This document shows positions 47,845-57,251 of a stretch of DNA of 64,000 nucleotides, one piece after another. The position numbers were made by a program, and so were the translations under genes. This DNA is from an uncultured Verrucomicrobiae bacterium. Its GTDB lineage: Bacteria; Verrucomicrobiota; Verrucomicrobiia; Limisphaerales; Palsa-1400. The stretch spans positions 960,001-1,024,000 of the forward strand of contig OY969763.1 of the NCBI GenBank assembly GCA_963702845.1. Direction: 5' to 3'. The notes under the pieces were generated by a model. That model was not told the origin of the DNA. It worked only from the letters and a program-made list of their open reading frames with translations, and searched no databases. How positions within the stretch are numbered: position 1 is the first letter of the stretch; the number at the start of each line of letters is the position of its first letter.

Positions 47845-49104
47845 CTAGGGCGATTGTTGTGATGCCAAATAGTCGGCAATGTGCATCGGTTTGATTTTAC
47901 TGCCGGCTTTTTCGAGGCCGGCGCGGATTTGTAACAGGCAACCGGGGTTGGTCGTGACGACCACGTCGGCCCCGGTTTTGATGATGTTTTGGATTTTGCG
48001 GTTTTGCAGGCGTTCGGCCATTTCGGGTTCGGTCAAATTGTAGGTGCCAGCGCTGCCGCAGCAGACGTCGGATTCGGCGAGCTCGACGTAGTTTTTTCCG
48101 GCGACGGCTTTGATGAGGTCGCGCGGTTGTTTGGTGATGCGCTGCGGGTGGGCGAGGTGGCAGGCGTCGTGGTAAGTGACGCGCTGGGGCGATGAGGGTT
48201 GAGGGTTGAGAGTTGAGGGATTTGCGCAGAGGAACTCGGTGATGTCTTTGACGCCGGCGCTGAAATCTTTGCCGCGTTTTTCCCAATCCGTTTCGCCGTG
48301 CAGGAGTTCGCCGTATTCTTTGAGAGTCGAACCGCAGCCGGCGGCGTTGATGATGATGGCGTCGAGATTTTGGCCGCTGAAGGCGGTGATGTTGTCGCGC
48401 GCGCAGTCGCGGGCGCGGGGCAGGTTGCCACTGTGGGCAAACAGCGCGCCGCAGCAGCCTTGTTGGTCCGGGATGACCACGTCGTATCCGGCGGCGTTCA
48501 GGAGTTTGACGGTGTTCGTGTTCGTCTCCGAAAACATGACGTCCATGACGCAACCGCGAATGAAACCGACGCGACCTTTCCGTGTGCCGGTGGCAGGCGA
48601 GAATTGGGGCAACGGTTCGGCCTTGCCGTTCATTGGAATGAGTGACAACGCGTCTTTGGCGAACTTCGGTAAAATTTTGTCGAGCTTCAGCGCTTTCGCG
48701 ACGCGCGCGGGGACGATGGCTAATTCCATCCGTTCGCGGTGCGGAAAAATTTTCTCGATGACGAAACGGCGCAAAAATTGTTGGAAAGGCGAACGCGAGT
48801 AGGTGCGTTCGAGGTGGTCGCGAGTGTGTTCGAGCAAATGTCCGTACTGCACGCCGCTGGGGCAAACGGCTTCACAGGCGCGGCAGCCGAGGCAGAGATC
48901 GATGTGTTTTACGGTCGTGTCATCCAGAGGCAAGCGTCCGTCCTGCACTGCGCGCATGAGATAAATTCGGCCGCGCGGGGAATCGTTTTCGTTGCCGGTT
49001 TCCAAATAAGTCGGGCACGAGGAGAGACACAAACCACAATGAATGCAGGCCAACGACTTGTCGTAGTCGAGGAAGCGTTCTGGTGCTGTCGGGGTGGTGC
49101 TCAT
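47845..49104 (-). CDS. glcF: Glycolate oxidase iron-sulfur subunit-like protein
   Basis: CIHCGLCLSSCPTY, SPRGRI, CLGCRACEAVCP, two CCG domains, YHDACHL. Confidence 0.88.
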   Translation of the reverse strand: MSTTPTAPERFLDYDKSLACIHCGLCLSSCPTYLETGNENDSPRGRIYLMRAVQDGRLPLDDTTVKHIDLCLGCRACEAVCPSGVQYGHLLEHTRDHLERTYSRSPFQQFLRRFVIEKIFPHRERMELAIVPARVAKALKLDKILPKFAKDALSLIPMNGKAEPLPQFSPATGTRKGRVGFIRGCVMDVMFSETNTNTVKLLNAAGYDVVIPDQQGCCGALFAHSGNLPRARDCARDNITAFSGQNLDAIIINAAGCGSTLKEYGELLHGETDWEKRGKDFSAGVKDITEFLCANPSTLNPQPSSPQRVTYHDACHLAHPQRITKQPRDLIKAVAGKNYVELAESDVCCGSAGTYNLTEPEMAERLQNRKIQNIIKTGADVVVTTNPGCLLQIRAGLEKAGSKIKPMHIADYLASQQSP

Positions 49105-50024
49105 CAAAGCTCGGGGAAAATGTGGTTTGGGTCGAATGTGTCTTTGACGCGCTGTTGCAGGTGTTTGGGAATCGGGGCGGTCGACCACGAGATTTCGTTG
49201 CCGCTGTAATAAATCACGCCATTGCCAGCCCGCGCGACGAAGGGTGCTTTGCCAATCGCGCTGATCGCCTCGGCGAGTTTGGACGGGAGAACCGAAAGCT
49301 TTTTAACGGCGGGTTGTTGTTGGAATGCTTTGTCGTAATCGAGGGTGGCGGGCTCGGTGAAGCCAAAATCGGCGGCTCGCGCGATTTGCCATTCGACTTC
49401 ATCCCGCGCGCCATCGAGACCGAGCACGACGGTCAGGCCTGCCGAATTGTGCAGATCGAGAACCGTGGGCGTGATTGGAGAATTGAGAACACCATCGATC
49501 AGCTTTTGTGCCTCAGCAACGGAACCGCAGTGCTGTTGCACGAAGTGTTCTGCTTCGGGAATCGGGCCGGAGTTTGAAAGTGACTTCGACGATGATGCCG
49601 AGTGTGCCTTGGTCGCCGATGAACAGTTTCATCAGATCGTAACCGGCAACGTTTTTGACCACTTTACCGCCGGAATGAATCAAGCGCCCGTCGGCAAGGA
49701 CGATGGCCATGCCGATGACATAATCGCGAACCGTGCCGTAACTAAAACGACGTGGCCCGCTGGCATTGCTTGCCAGGAGTTGTTGAATCGTGACTGCCCG
49801 TGTTTGGCGGATCGATCGGCAACCATTGGCCGCGCTTTCTCACCTCCGTTTGCAAATGTTGCCAAAGTTGCGCCGCCTTGAACGGTGACAGTCATGTCCT
49901 CGGGGGCGTGTTCAAGGACACGGTTCAACGCCGAGAGGTCGACCGATTCCATGCGCGACTTTGCGGCGTTCGCTTTTGCGAGCGATTGCTGCAAATCGTC
50001 AATATTGGAGGGGGTTAACCTCAT
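49104..50024 (-). pseudogene. glcE: Glycolate oxidase FAD-binding subunit-like protein, frameshifted as written
   Basis: DLSALNRVLEHAPEDMTVTVQGG, GGKVVKNVAGYDLMKL, FDPNHIF in three frames. TGATG coupling to glcF. Confidence 0.8.
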
Positions 50025-50112
50025 AGCGTGGCCTCAGCGTAAGGAATCGGTGTGGCATGCTTCAATCAAAATGGAAGCGATGCCCGCATTACACGCGGCG
50101 GTCTGCGGTCGG

Positions 50113-50245
50113 AAATTTTCGTTAAAGGTGTATCTAGGTGTATTTAACCTTCCGTGGAGGTGTTTTTGGGACGGTGTTGTAAGTGGTTGAGGTGCATGGG
50201 CGGGTGAATTGAATGTCGATCGGTAAAGAAACGGTAAAGTTTTTT
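50113..50245. repeat. 10-11-bp periodic repeats next to A/T tracts
   Basis: AAATTTTC GTTAAAGGTG TATCTAGGTG TATTTAACC; CGGTAAAG twice at 11-nt spacing before TTTTTT. Confidence 0.5.
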
Positions 50246-50271
50246 GAGTCGAGGTGATGTTGGCGCATGAT

Positions 50272-50296
50272 GGCTCGGCGGGAGCCTCGCCCTACC
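50272..50296 (-). repeat. GTAG-type REP element
   Basis: Minus strand GGTAGGGCGAGGCTCCCGCCGAGCC: GTAG tetranucleotide plus hairpin. Confidence 0.75.
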
Positions 50297-50340
50297 AAGA
50301 AGGTCTTTATTTTCATATTGGTGACTAACGTAGCAAGGTC

Positions 50341-50363
50341 ACTTGGACAAAGGCTGTCCAAGT
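50341..50363. promoter_or_regulatory. Perfect inverted repeat (candidate operator) in the divergent glcE/MFS spacer
   Basis: ACTTGGACA-AAGGC-TGTCCAAGT. Confidence 0.55.
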
Positions 50364-50442
50364 AGAAAAATAGATTTGGGGATTATTCGAAATCGGAAAA
50401 AGTCTTTGGCGAGGGGAGGGTGTTCGTGCTTAAATCAGGCGC

Positions 50443-51840
50443 ATGATTTCCTCAGGACAGAATAAGCGCGAAAAGATTGCCGTGCCAGCAGGCGGCGGTG
50501 ACGCAAACCGCCCTTGGTATGCCGGCGTGACCGGCTATCAATGGCTCATCCTAATTATCGCGTCAGCAGGATGGATTTTCGACGTTTACGAAGGACAGAT
50601 TTTCAATATCACGCGCGGTCAGTTGTTGCACACCGTGCTAGGCCCGGCGGGCACGCCGGCAGTGATCAGTAAATGGGGGGACATCTTTCTTGGCGTGTTC
50701 CTGCTCGGGGGCACGGCGGGCGGTTTGTTGTTTGGGTCGATGGCGGATCGTTTAGGGCGCAAGCCGACGATGGTGCTGACGATTCTGATGTATTCGATTT
50801 TTTCGGGCCTGACTTTTTTTGCCACAACGCTTTGGCAAGTCGCCGCGTTGCGGTTTTTAGTGGCGATGGGAGTGGGTGGTGAATGGGCGGTGGCAGCGAG
50901 CCTGGTCGCGGAAGTTTTCCCCGCGAACGCACGAACGCACGCATCTGGAATTTTTCACGCGACCAGCGTTGTCGGAACGTGGGCTGCGACAGGAGCGGGT
51001 ATTGCCGTGGCGAGCTTGTGGTTTAGCGAAAGCATCGCACACAATTTACCTTCGGCGTTCACAAACATCGGGCATGCAGCTCCATGGCGATACGCGTATC
51101 TGGTCGGAATCATCCCGGCGCTGTTGGTTGTTGTGGTGATGGCTGCGGTGAAGGAGCCCGAAAGTTGGAAGCGAACGAAATCAGCAGCGTCGCTGGGCGG
51201 CACCAAAGGCGGGAGCATCAAAGAACTTTTGTCTGACCCAAGATGGGGCAAGCGCGCGCTGCTGGGAATGTTGCTCGCGGCGGTTGGGCTTGGGACTTTC
51301 TGGGCCGTCTGCGTCGCCGGACAGGACCTGGCGAAGTTCTTTTTGCTGCGAGATGGCGTGGCGGAAAAGGAAGCTGTTGCGACGTCGCAGAGCGCGTATG
51401 GATTTATTCAAACGATCGGCGGTGGCCTGGGCTTGCTGTCGTTTGGGCCGCTTTGTGCAAAGTTTGGACGTAAACGCAGCTTTGTGGCGATTCAGATCGC
51501 AGCATTTATAATTGTGCCGATTACCTGTTATTTGCCCCAAAACTATGGACAACTGAAAATCATATTGCCGATATTTGGGTTTCTGACTTTGGGAATGCAC
51601 GCTGGATACGCGATTTATTTCCCGGAGTTATTTCCAACGCACCTTCGAGCAACGGGCGCGGGTTTTTGTTTTAACGTGGGTCGGACGGTGGCGGCGTCGA
51701 TGTTGTTTTTCTCCGGTTGGCTGAAGCAACAAATACCGGATATCAGGCTGGCGTTAACGTTGCTTAGTTTTCTGTTTCTACTTGGCGTGGTGGTGATTCA
51801 CTATTTGCCGGAGACGAAGGATCAGCCTCTCCCAGAATAA
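50443..51840 (+). CDS. MFS transporter (sugar/organic-acid type)
   Basis: GWIFDVYE, GSMADRLGRK, GVGGEW, PELFPTHLRATG, PETK; about 12 TM helices. Confidence 0.93.
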   Translation: MISSGQNKREKIAVPAGGGDANRPWYAGVTGYQWLILIIASAGWIFDVYEGQIFNITRGQLLHTVLGPAGTPAVISKWGDIFLGVFLLGGTAGGLLFGSMADRLGRKPTMVLTILMYSIFSGLTFFATTLWQVAALRFLVAMGVGGEWAVAASLVAEVFPANARTHASGIFHATSVVGTWAATGAGIAVASLWFSESIAHNLPSAFTNIGHAAPWRYAYLVGIIPALLVVVVMAAVKEPESWKRTKSAASLGGTKGGSIKELLSDPRWGKRALLGMLLAAVGLGTFWAVCVAGQDLAKFFLLRDGVAEKEAVATSQSAYGFIQTIGGGLGLLSFGPLCAKFGRKRSFVAIQIAAFIIVPITCYLPQNYGQLKIILPIFGFLTLGMHAGYAIYFPELFPTHLRATGAGFCFNVGRTVAASMLFFSGWLKQQIPDIRLALTLLSFLFLLGVVVIHYLPETKDQPLPE

Positions 51841-51866
51841 ATTCGAAGCACGAAATTCGAAATCCG
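51839..51866. repeat. Heptamer tandem repeat between convergent genes
   Basis: AAATTCG AAGCACG AAATTCG AAATCCG. Confidence 0.65.
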
Positions 51867-51874
51867 AAAGGAAG

Positions 51875-52585
51875 TCACCAGGCGCGGGCGCGTTTGAAGA
51901 TGTTGTGGGGGCGGAAGGCTTCGGCGGCGTCGACGCTGGATTGGGCGCCACGAGCGAGGGCCTGAAGACGCATCAGTTCGCTTAAAGGAGAGAAATCGCC
52001 GTCTTTGCCGCGGGCCAATTGTGTCTTGTGGCATTGGAGCATGCGCTGTTTCAAGGGTAGGAACGGCGTGACGTCGATGTAGATGCTGGGTTCGAAACCG
52101 CTCATGTTGACTGTGTCCATGAACCACAACGCAGGTGGGGTTTGGACTGGAGCGGATTTGGTTTTTTGACCGCGCGAGGCGCAGAACCAACTGGCGGCTT
52201 CAGCTAACGCGGACGCGGCGCGGTGATCGGCATGGTAATCGTTCGGTGAGTGAGCCAGGACGAGGGTTGGTTTAAACTGCCGGAAAATTTCAACCAGCTT
52301 GCCACGTGACTCAGTTGTGTCCTCCAAGGCTCCGTCGCTGAATTCACCGAAGAAGATTTGTGCGGCGAGGAGTTTTCCGGAATCGAGCATCTCCGCACGG
52401 CGTTTGGCGGCGAGATTTTTAATCGGCGTTTGTGGCTGGCCTTTGTCGCCCTGGCACATGACACAGATTGCGACTTCGGCGCCGTCTTGTTTCGCGCGCG
52501 CGAGTGTGCCGGCGCAGAGGAGTTCGGCGTCGTCAGGATGGGCGACGATGGCGAGAACGCGGTCGGGTTTGAAACTGATGGTCAC
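51875..52585 (-). CDS. PIG-L/LmbE family deacetylase
   Basis: AHPDDAE, GDKG, DYHADH, HKTQ, AEAF. Confidence 0.92.
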   Translation of the reverse strand: MTISFKPDRVLAIVAHPDDAELLCAGTLARAKQDGAEVAICVMCQGDKGQPQTPIKNLAAKRRAEMLDSGKLLAAQIFFGEFSDGALEDTTESRGKLVEIFRQFKPTLVLAHSPNDYHADHRAASALAEAASWFCASRGQKTKSAPVQTPPALWFMDTVNMSGFEPSIYIDVTPFLPLKQRMLQCHKTQLARGKDGDFSPLSELMRLQALARGAQSSVDAAEAFRPHNIFKRARAW

Positions 52586-52631
52586 GGGTCAATGCTTGCC
52601 CTAATTGCCTTTTTGACAAGCGGAAACGCCA

Positions 52632-52660
52632 GCGGCGCGCGCGGAGCGCCGCGCCCTACC
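52632..52660 (-). repeat. GTAG-type REP element overlapping a stop codon
   Basis: Minus strand GGTAGGGCGCGGCGCTCCGCGCGCGCCGC; its TAG is the stop codon of the 1502-aa gene. Confidence 0.7.
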
Positions 52661-55600
52661 AATTAGGGGAATTCGTCCACACTGGCGAAATGCTGTTGGT
52701 GTATTTGCGGATGATGACGGCGTTGCCGGGCTGGAAGATCAGGTTTGTGCCAACGTCGGCGGAGCCGGCGCCGACCTGACGCCATGCGCTGTTCCAATAG
52801 TAGTAATCGGCACTGGCGGATTTATTATGACCGATGGAGGCGTTGTTGAAGATTAACAACTCGTCCGTTCGGCTGCCAGGAAGCGGGCTGATGCTGAATG
52901 CGCCGCTGCTGACGAGGCCGGAATCGTCGAGTGACACCGCCACGGGACGGGCAAGGCCGATGTAGTTATCCTGCGAAACTGTGGATTGCACGCGCAGGGT
53001 GATGGCGAGCTTTGCCGTAATCACCGCACCAAGCGTCATCGCTGTGGTGTTGGTAGGCACGTTATGGCGAACAATGAAATGGATGTTTGGTTGAAGGACG
53101 TCGTCGTTGTGATTGTTCGCACCGTCGGAGACCTGTTTCCAAATGCCAGCGTTGAAGAAGTAGACTTTAGCGGCACTCAAGTTGATGCCGGAGTCAGTCG
53201 TGTTTGGAATGAGAACTTCGGTGTAACGGTTGCCCGCTAGCGGCGAAGCGATCACGCCCGCGCCATTCGGGAAGGCGGTATTGAGTGTCCAGTAGGGTTC
53301 AATGGAAATGACATCACCAACGGCAACGGACGAAAGGGTGTCGGAACCGAGGGATAATGTGAGGGCGTTCGCGGTGTTGGCGGTGACTTGATAAATGCGG
53401 CCTTCCGTGGTGCCGGAAGCGAAGCGCGCGTAGTAGGTATTGGATTGCGTGCCGGACGCGTAGACGAATTGGTTCGGAGTCCAGTTGGGCGAGCCATCGG
53501 CAGTGACGACGTTTCCGGAAACGGAGTTGACGATGATTCGCGTGCCGCCAGCGCGTGCGAACGGTAGCGAGACAAAGGTGTCAGAGTTGCCGGGCAACGA
53601 AAGCTTGATGAAGCCGACGGGATCACTGACGCGTTGTGATGAGAACAATTGATAGAAGCGCTGGATGCTTGCGGCAGGCGCGTCGGTAACGGTGAGAGTC
53701 GACGAGGACGCAACGTAACTGCCGAGCGTGTTCCAGGTGAGATCGGTGTGGTTGTCTTTATATTGCAATGTGTAACCGGTGCTGTCGTCAGATTGCCAGG
53801 TCATGGAAACGGTGCCGTCCACGTTTGAAACCATGCTGACGAACGGAATCACGTTGGAAACGATGGTGAGCGTTGCGGATGAACTGGTGACGGTCGCGGT
53901 GGTGATGTTGGAGACGATGACGCTGTAGGATGCTACGTCACTTGGACCGGCTGAACGGATGGTCAGAGCTGAGGTGCTTGAGCCACTGATGTTGCTGCTG
54001 TCGGTGAGGTTCGCCGCATTTTTCCGCCATCGATAGTTCAAAGGTGCGGTGCCGGTGGCGACAACGACAAAAAAGACGGACTGACCTTGCAGAGACGTGT
54101 CGCTTTGCGGCTGTGAAGTAATTGCCGGCGGATCATAAACTGTCAGTGTGGCTGCAGAACTGGTTGCGGTTCCAAGGACGTTGCTCGCGACGGCGGTGTA
54201 TGTGCCGGCGTTGGATTGTGACGCGTTGAAGATGGTGAGTGAATGGGTCGTCGCACCGATGATGTTGCCGCCATTCGACAGAGGCGATGAGTTCTTGAAC
54301 CACGTCCAGGAGAGGGATTCACCGGAAGCCGCGGCGCTGAAGGTGGCGGATTGAGTTGCGTTGATGGCCAGGCTTTGCGGTTGATTGGTGATCGCGGGCG
54401 CGTTTTGGATTGCCGAATAAGTCCATTTGATGGCGTCGGCTATGACGACTTTTCCGGAAACGAGGGCGTTGTTACCCAATTGAACGTAATCGTTTGTTCC
54501 GCTGGCGAATTGTTTTGCGGACGTGAGCAGGACCCAATTGCTGCCATTGGCGTTCGCGCCGTTAACCGACTGGTCGAAGGTGATGGTTTCATTGACGCCG
54601 TTATGCTGGAGTGTGTAAGGCGCGTTGGTGCTGCGGTTGCTGCCCGAGGTGAAATAGAGATAAAGATCGTAGCGACCGGCGGCAAAGATGGTAGGTCGGA
54701 ACGTTGCAGTGGCCGTCGTCGAACCGATTGAAGTGCTGGCGACGGAGTAATTGGCGGCGTAAAAGGGCGGGGTCGTTGTGCTTGAAGTCCAACCGCCGAC
54801 GAGGACGGTTCCCGGGTCAGCGTTGTCGACGATGAGGTCGGTTGCGGCATCGGAGAACACCGCGATGACACTCTTGTTGGCGTTCATGGTGACGCCAAGC
54901 GGATTGGTGGAGCCGGTCGCATCGCCCGCCCAGTTCAAGAATGTTTTGCCGGCGCTCGGTGTGGCGGTGACGGTGACGAGTGTGTTGGAGGCGTAAGTGG
55001 GCTGGCTTGGACTGACTCCAACGCTACCGCTGCCCATACCGCTAATAGAAAGAGTATAAACGACGGTGAGACTCGCATTGCCGCTGGTGACGGAACCGGC
55101 GACGTTGGTAATGACCACAGAATAACTGCCGGCATTCGTGGGTTGCACAGGGTTTAGTGACAAGGTGGACAGTGTCGCCCCTGCAACAGGCGTGCCGTTC
55201 AAACGCCATTGATAGGACAGACCGGCGCCGGTTGCGGTGACGGTGAATTGCGCGCTTTGACCGGTTGTCGCTGTCACAGATTGTGGCTGGCCGGTGATGC
55301 CGGGAGGATTGACGACGGTGAGCGTCGCGACGCTGCTCGTTGCGCTGCCGCCCGAATTGCTGACAACGACCGTATAGCTCGCGGCGTCGGCTGTTGTCGG
55401 GCTCGTGATCGTCAGATTTGCTGCTGCGGCTCCCGAAATGTTGCCGGTATTGCTGAGGTTGACCGTGTTCTTTTTCCATTGGTAACTCAGACCCGATCCA
55501 GAAGCGCCGACCGAGAATATTACGTTGGTTCCAGCGCCGACGGTTTGGCTTGAAGGCTGCGAAGTAATTGAAGGGCCGGACGGCGCAGAGTTGAGCGTAA

Positions 55601-57164
55601 GATCGTAACGCATTACATCGCCCGCGACGGCGGTGGCAATTGCGTTCGTTGCTGAAACCATGCCGGTTTTGCTGGCAACGAGTTGATGAACGGTCCCCGC
55701 GGCTGTTGCGGAAACCTGGGCGGCGATGTAGTAGCCGTTGCCATCGGTCGTCACTGTAGAACCTCCCGTGACAGTCACGGTCACATTGTCCACGTTGGTG
55801 CCAGTGATTTGATCTTTGACCTGACCCCACATAATTCCTTCTGTCGCGGTGGCGGAATTACGCCATGGCATTGTGGGAGTCGAAACGACATTGGTATAGA
55901 GATTGACGGTGATGAAATTCCACCAGGAAGTAGGTGTGGCGGTGTTATTCGGCACGCCGTACGAGTAGGTGGCTGTCCCAGTGAGGCCAATGCTGTAAGC
56001 GTATTTGAGCATGTTCAGATTGCTCTGGTCGGTGTTGAGGTATGCGCCCAGCCCGGGGAAAATGGCCCTGTTGTATTGCCAGCACGAACTACACTTGTCG
56101 GCCCAATTAGTGAATGTGCTGAGGCTATACGTTTGTGGAATCGCCGTGTCTATCCAGCCGTTTTGGAGCATGCCGGCCCAATCGATCCAGTCAGCGTAGG
56201 GCTTGGTATTGCTGAAAGTGCAATTGAGAGGCGTTGGGCTGTAGGCTTCTGCAGCAGTTGAGTGACGAAGCGGTTGGCGTGGATTGGTTTTGATCGATTG
56301 GATTTCAGCCTGGCAACGTGCCATCAGTTCGTTGCGGAAACGGCGACGATAGTTGCTCCAGGTGGCATCTGTTGTCAGCGGAGTTCCGCTTGTGCCAGTG
56401 ATTGCGCGATAACGCGCGAGGCCAGATCTGACATAGGTTAATGTGCTGTAAGCCGGGTAGCCGTAACCTTGAGAAAATCCAGTTCCGTTGATTTCGTCGT
56501 CCCAGTTGATGCCGTCGATGGGATAGTTTGTGACCAGCTCTCGAACGATACTGACAATGTAATCTTGTGCGTCTGGGGAGCCCATATCCAAGAGGTAGCT
56601 ACTGTCTAAGGGATTGCTCGCGTTGGCTTCGCTGTTTGTATACGGGACCATGAACCACTCCGGGTGTGCGGTTAACGTCGTGTTGCCCGCAGGAGGCCAT
56701 GCTGCAGAAGCCGCGGAAACACGGTACGGTCCGCCGCCGCTGCCACCGAGCCATGCGTGAACTTCGATTCCTTTTGAATGCGCGTAGGTGCAAAGAGACG
56801 CCAGCGGATCGAAACCGGCACTGACTCGGCTCGACCACGGCAGGATCGAAGATTTGTATTGCGCGCCGTGTGAGGTGGAGCCCGATGGGTGATCCATATA
56901 CGCGACTGTTTGAAAAATGATCGCGTTGTAATGTGCATTGGCCAGAGTATTGACCATGTTGGTCACGTCTGTGCCGTTTGCTATGGCGGAATTAAATACG
57001 TCGGCCCAAGCGGCGCGGAATTGCTGCTGCGCGTGGAGCGGGGTGGCAAGCGCGATTAAAAGCGCGATGACAAGCCGGGTTTGGGTGAAATTTATCAATT
57101 TTCGCCGGAGCGAATTAAATTGATAGACAGAATACGTGCGTTGGGTCCGTTGGGTTTCGGGCAC
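52656..57164 (-). CDS. Large secreted modular protein: GHL10-like glycoside hydrolase, Ig repeats, golvesin-like module, C-terminal TIGR02597-like domain
   Basis: FRAAW, FDPLA, GIEVHAW, HPEWF, YPIDGINWDD. Four ITxQPQS...YxW Ig repeats. LIVDNAD..GRYDLY..IADAIKW. SDPVGFIKLSLPGNSDTFVSLPF to the end. Confidence 0.82.
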   Translation of the reverse strand: MPETQRTQRTYSVYQFNSLRRKLINFTQTRLVIALLIALATPLHAQQQFRAAWADVFNSAIANGTDVTNMVNTLANAHYNAIIFQTVAYMDHPSGSTSHGAQYKSSILPWSSRVSAGFDPLASLCTYAHSKGIEVHAWLGGSGGGPYRVSAASAAWPPAGNTTLTAHPEWFMVPYTNSEANASNPLDSSYLLDMGSPDAQDYIVSIVRELVTNYPIDGINWDDEINGTGFSQGYGYPAYSTLTYVRSGLARYRAITGTSGTPLTTDATWSNYRRRFRNELMARCQAEIQSIKTNPRQPLRHSTAAEAYSPTPLNCTFSNTKPYADWIDWAGMLQNGWIDTAIPQTYSLSTFTNWADKCSSCWQYNRAIFPGLGAYLNTDQSNLNMLKYAYSIGLTGTATYSYGVPNNTATPTSWWNFITVNLYTNVVSTPTMPWRNSATATEGIMWGQVKDQITGTNVDNVTVTVTGGSTVTTDGNGYYIAAQVSATAAGTVHQLVASKTGMVSATNAIATAVAGDVMRYDLTLNSAPSGPSITSQPSSQTVGAGTNVIFSVGASGSGLSYQWKKNTVNLSNTGNISGAAAANLTITSPTTADAASYTVVVSNSGGSATSSVATLTVVNPPGITGQPQSVTATTGQSAQFTVTATGAGLSYQWRLNGTPVAGATLSTLSLNPVQPTNAGSYSVVITNVAGSVTSGNASLTVVYTLSISGMGSGSVGVSPSQPTYASNTLVTVTATPSAGKTFLNWAGDATGSTNPLGVTMNANKSVIAVFSDAATDLIVDNADPGTVLVGGWTSSTTTPPFYAANYSVASTSIGSTTATATFRPTIFAAGRYDLYLYFTSGSNRSTNAPYTLQHNGVNETITFDQSVNGANANGSNWVLLTSAKQFASGTNDYVQLGNNALVSGKVVIADAIKWTYSAIQNAPAITNQPQSLAINATQSATFSAAASGESLSWTWFKNSSPLSNGGNIIGATTHSLTIFNASQSNAGTYTAVASNVLGTATSSAATLTVYDPPAITSQPQSDTSLQGQSVFFVVVATGTAPLNYRWRKNAANLTDSSNISGSSTSALTIRSAGPSDVASYSVIVSNITTATVTSSSATLTIVSNVIPFVSMVSNVDGTVSMTWQSDDSTGYTLQYKDNHTDLTWNTLGSYVASSSTLTVTDAPAASIQRFYQLFSSQRVSDPVGFIKLSLPGNSDTFVSLPFARAGGTRIIVNSVSGNVVTADGSPNWTPNQFVYASGTQSNTYYARFASGTTEGRIYQVTANTANALTLSLGSDTLSSVAVGDVISIEPYWTLNTAFPNGAGVIASPLAGNRYTEVLIPNTTDSGINLSAAKVYFFNAGIWKQVSDGANNHNDDVLQPNIHFIVRHNVPTNTTAMTLGAVITAKLAITLRVQSTVSQDNYIGLARPVAVSLDDSGLVSSGAFSISPLPGSRTDELLIFNNASIGHNKSASADYYYWNSAWRQVGAGSADVGTNLIFQPGNAVIIRKYTNSISPVWTNSPNW

Positions 57165-57251
57165 GATGACAGGTAATCATATCCATAAGGCGCTGTCAAG
57201 ATGAACGAGGCTCAACTGCGATGCAGAAGTCACTGATTATGATACAGGCGG

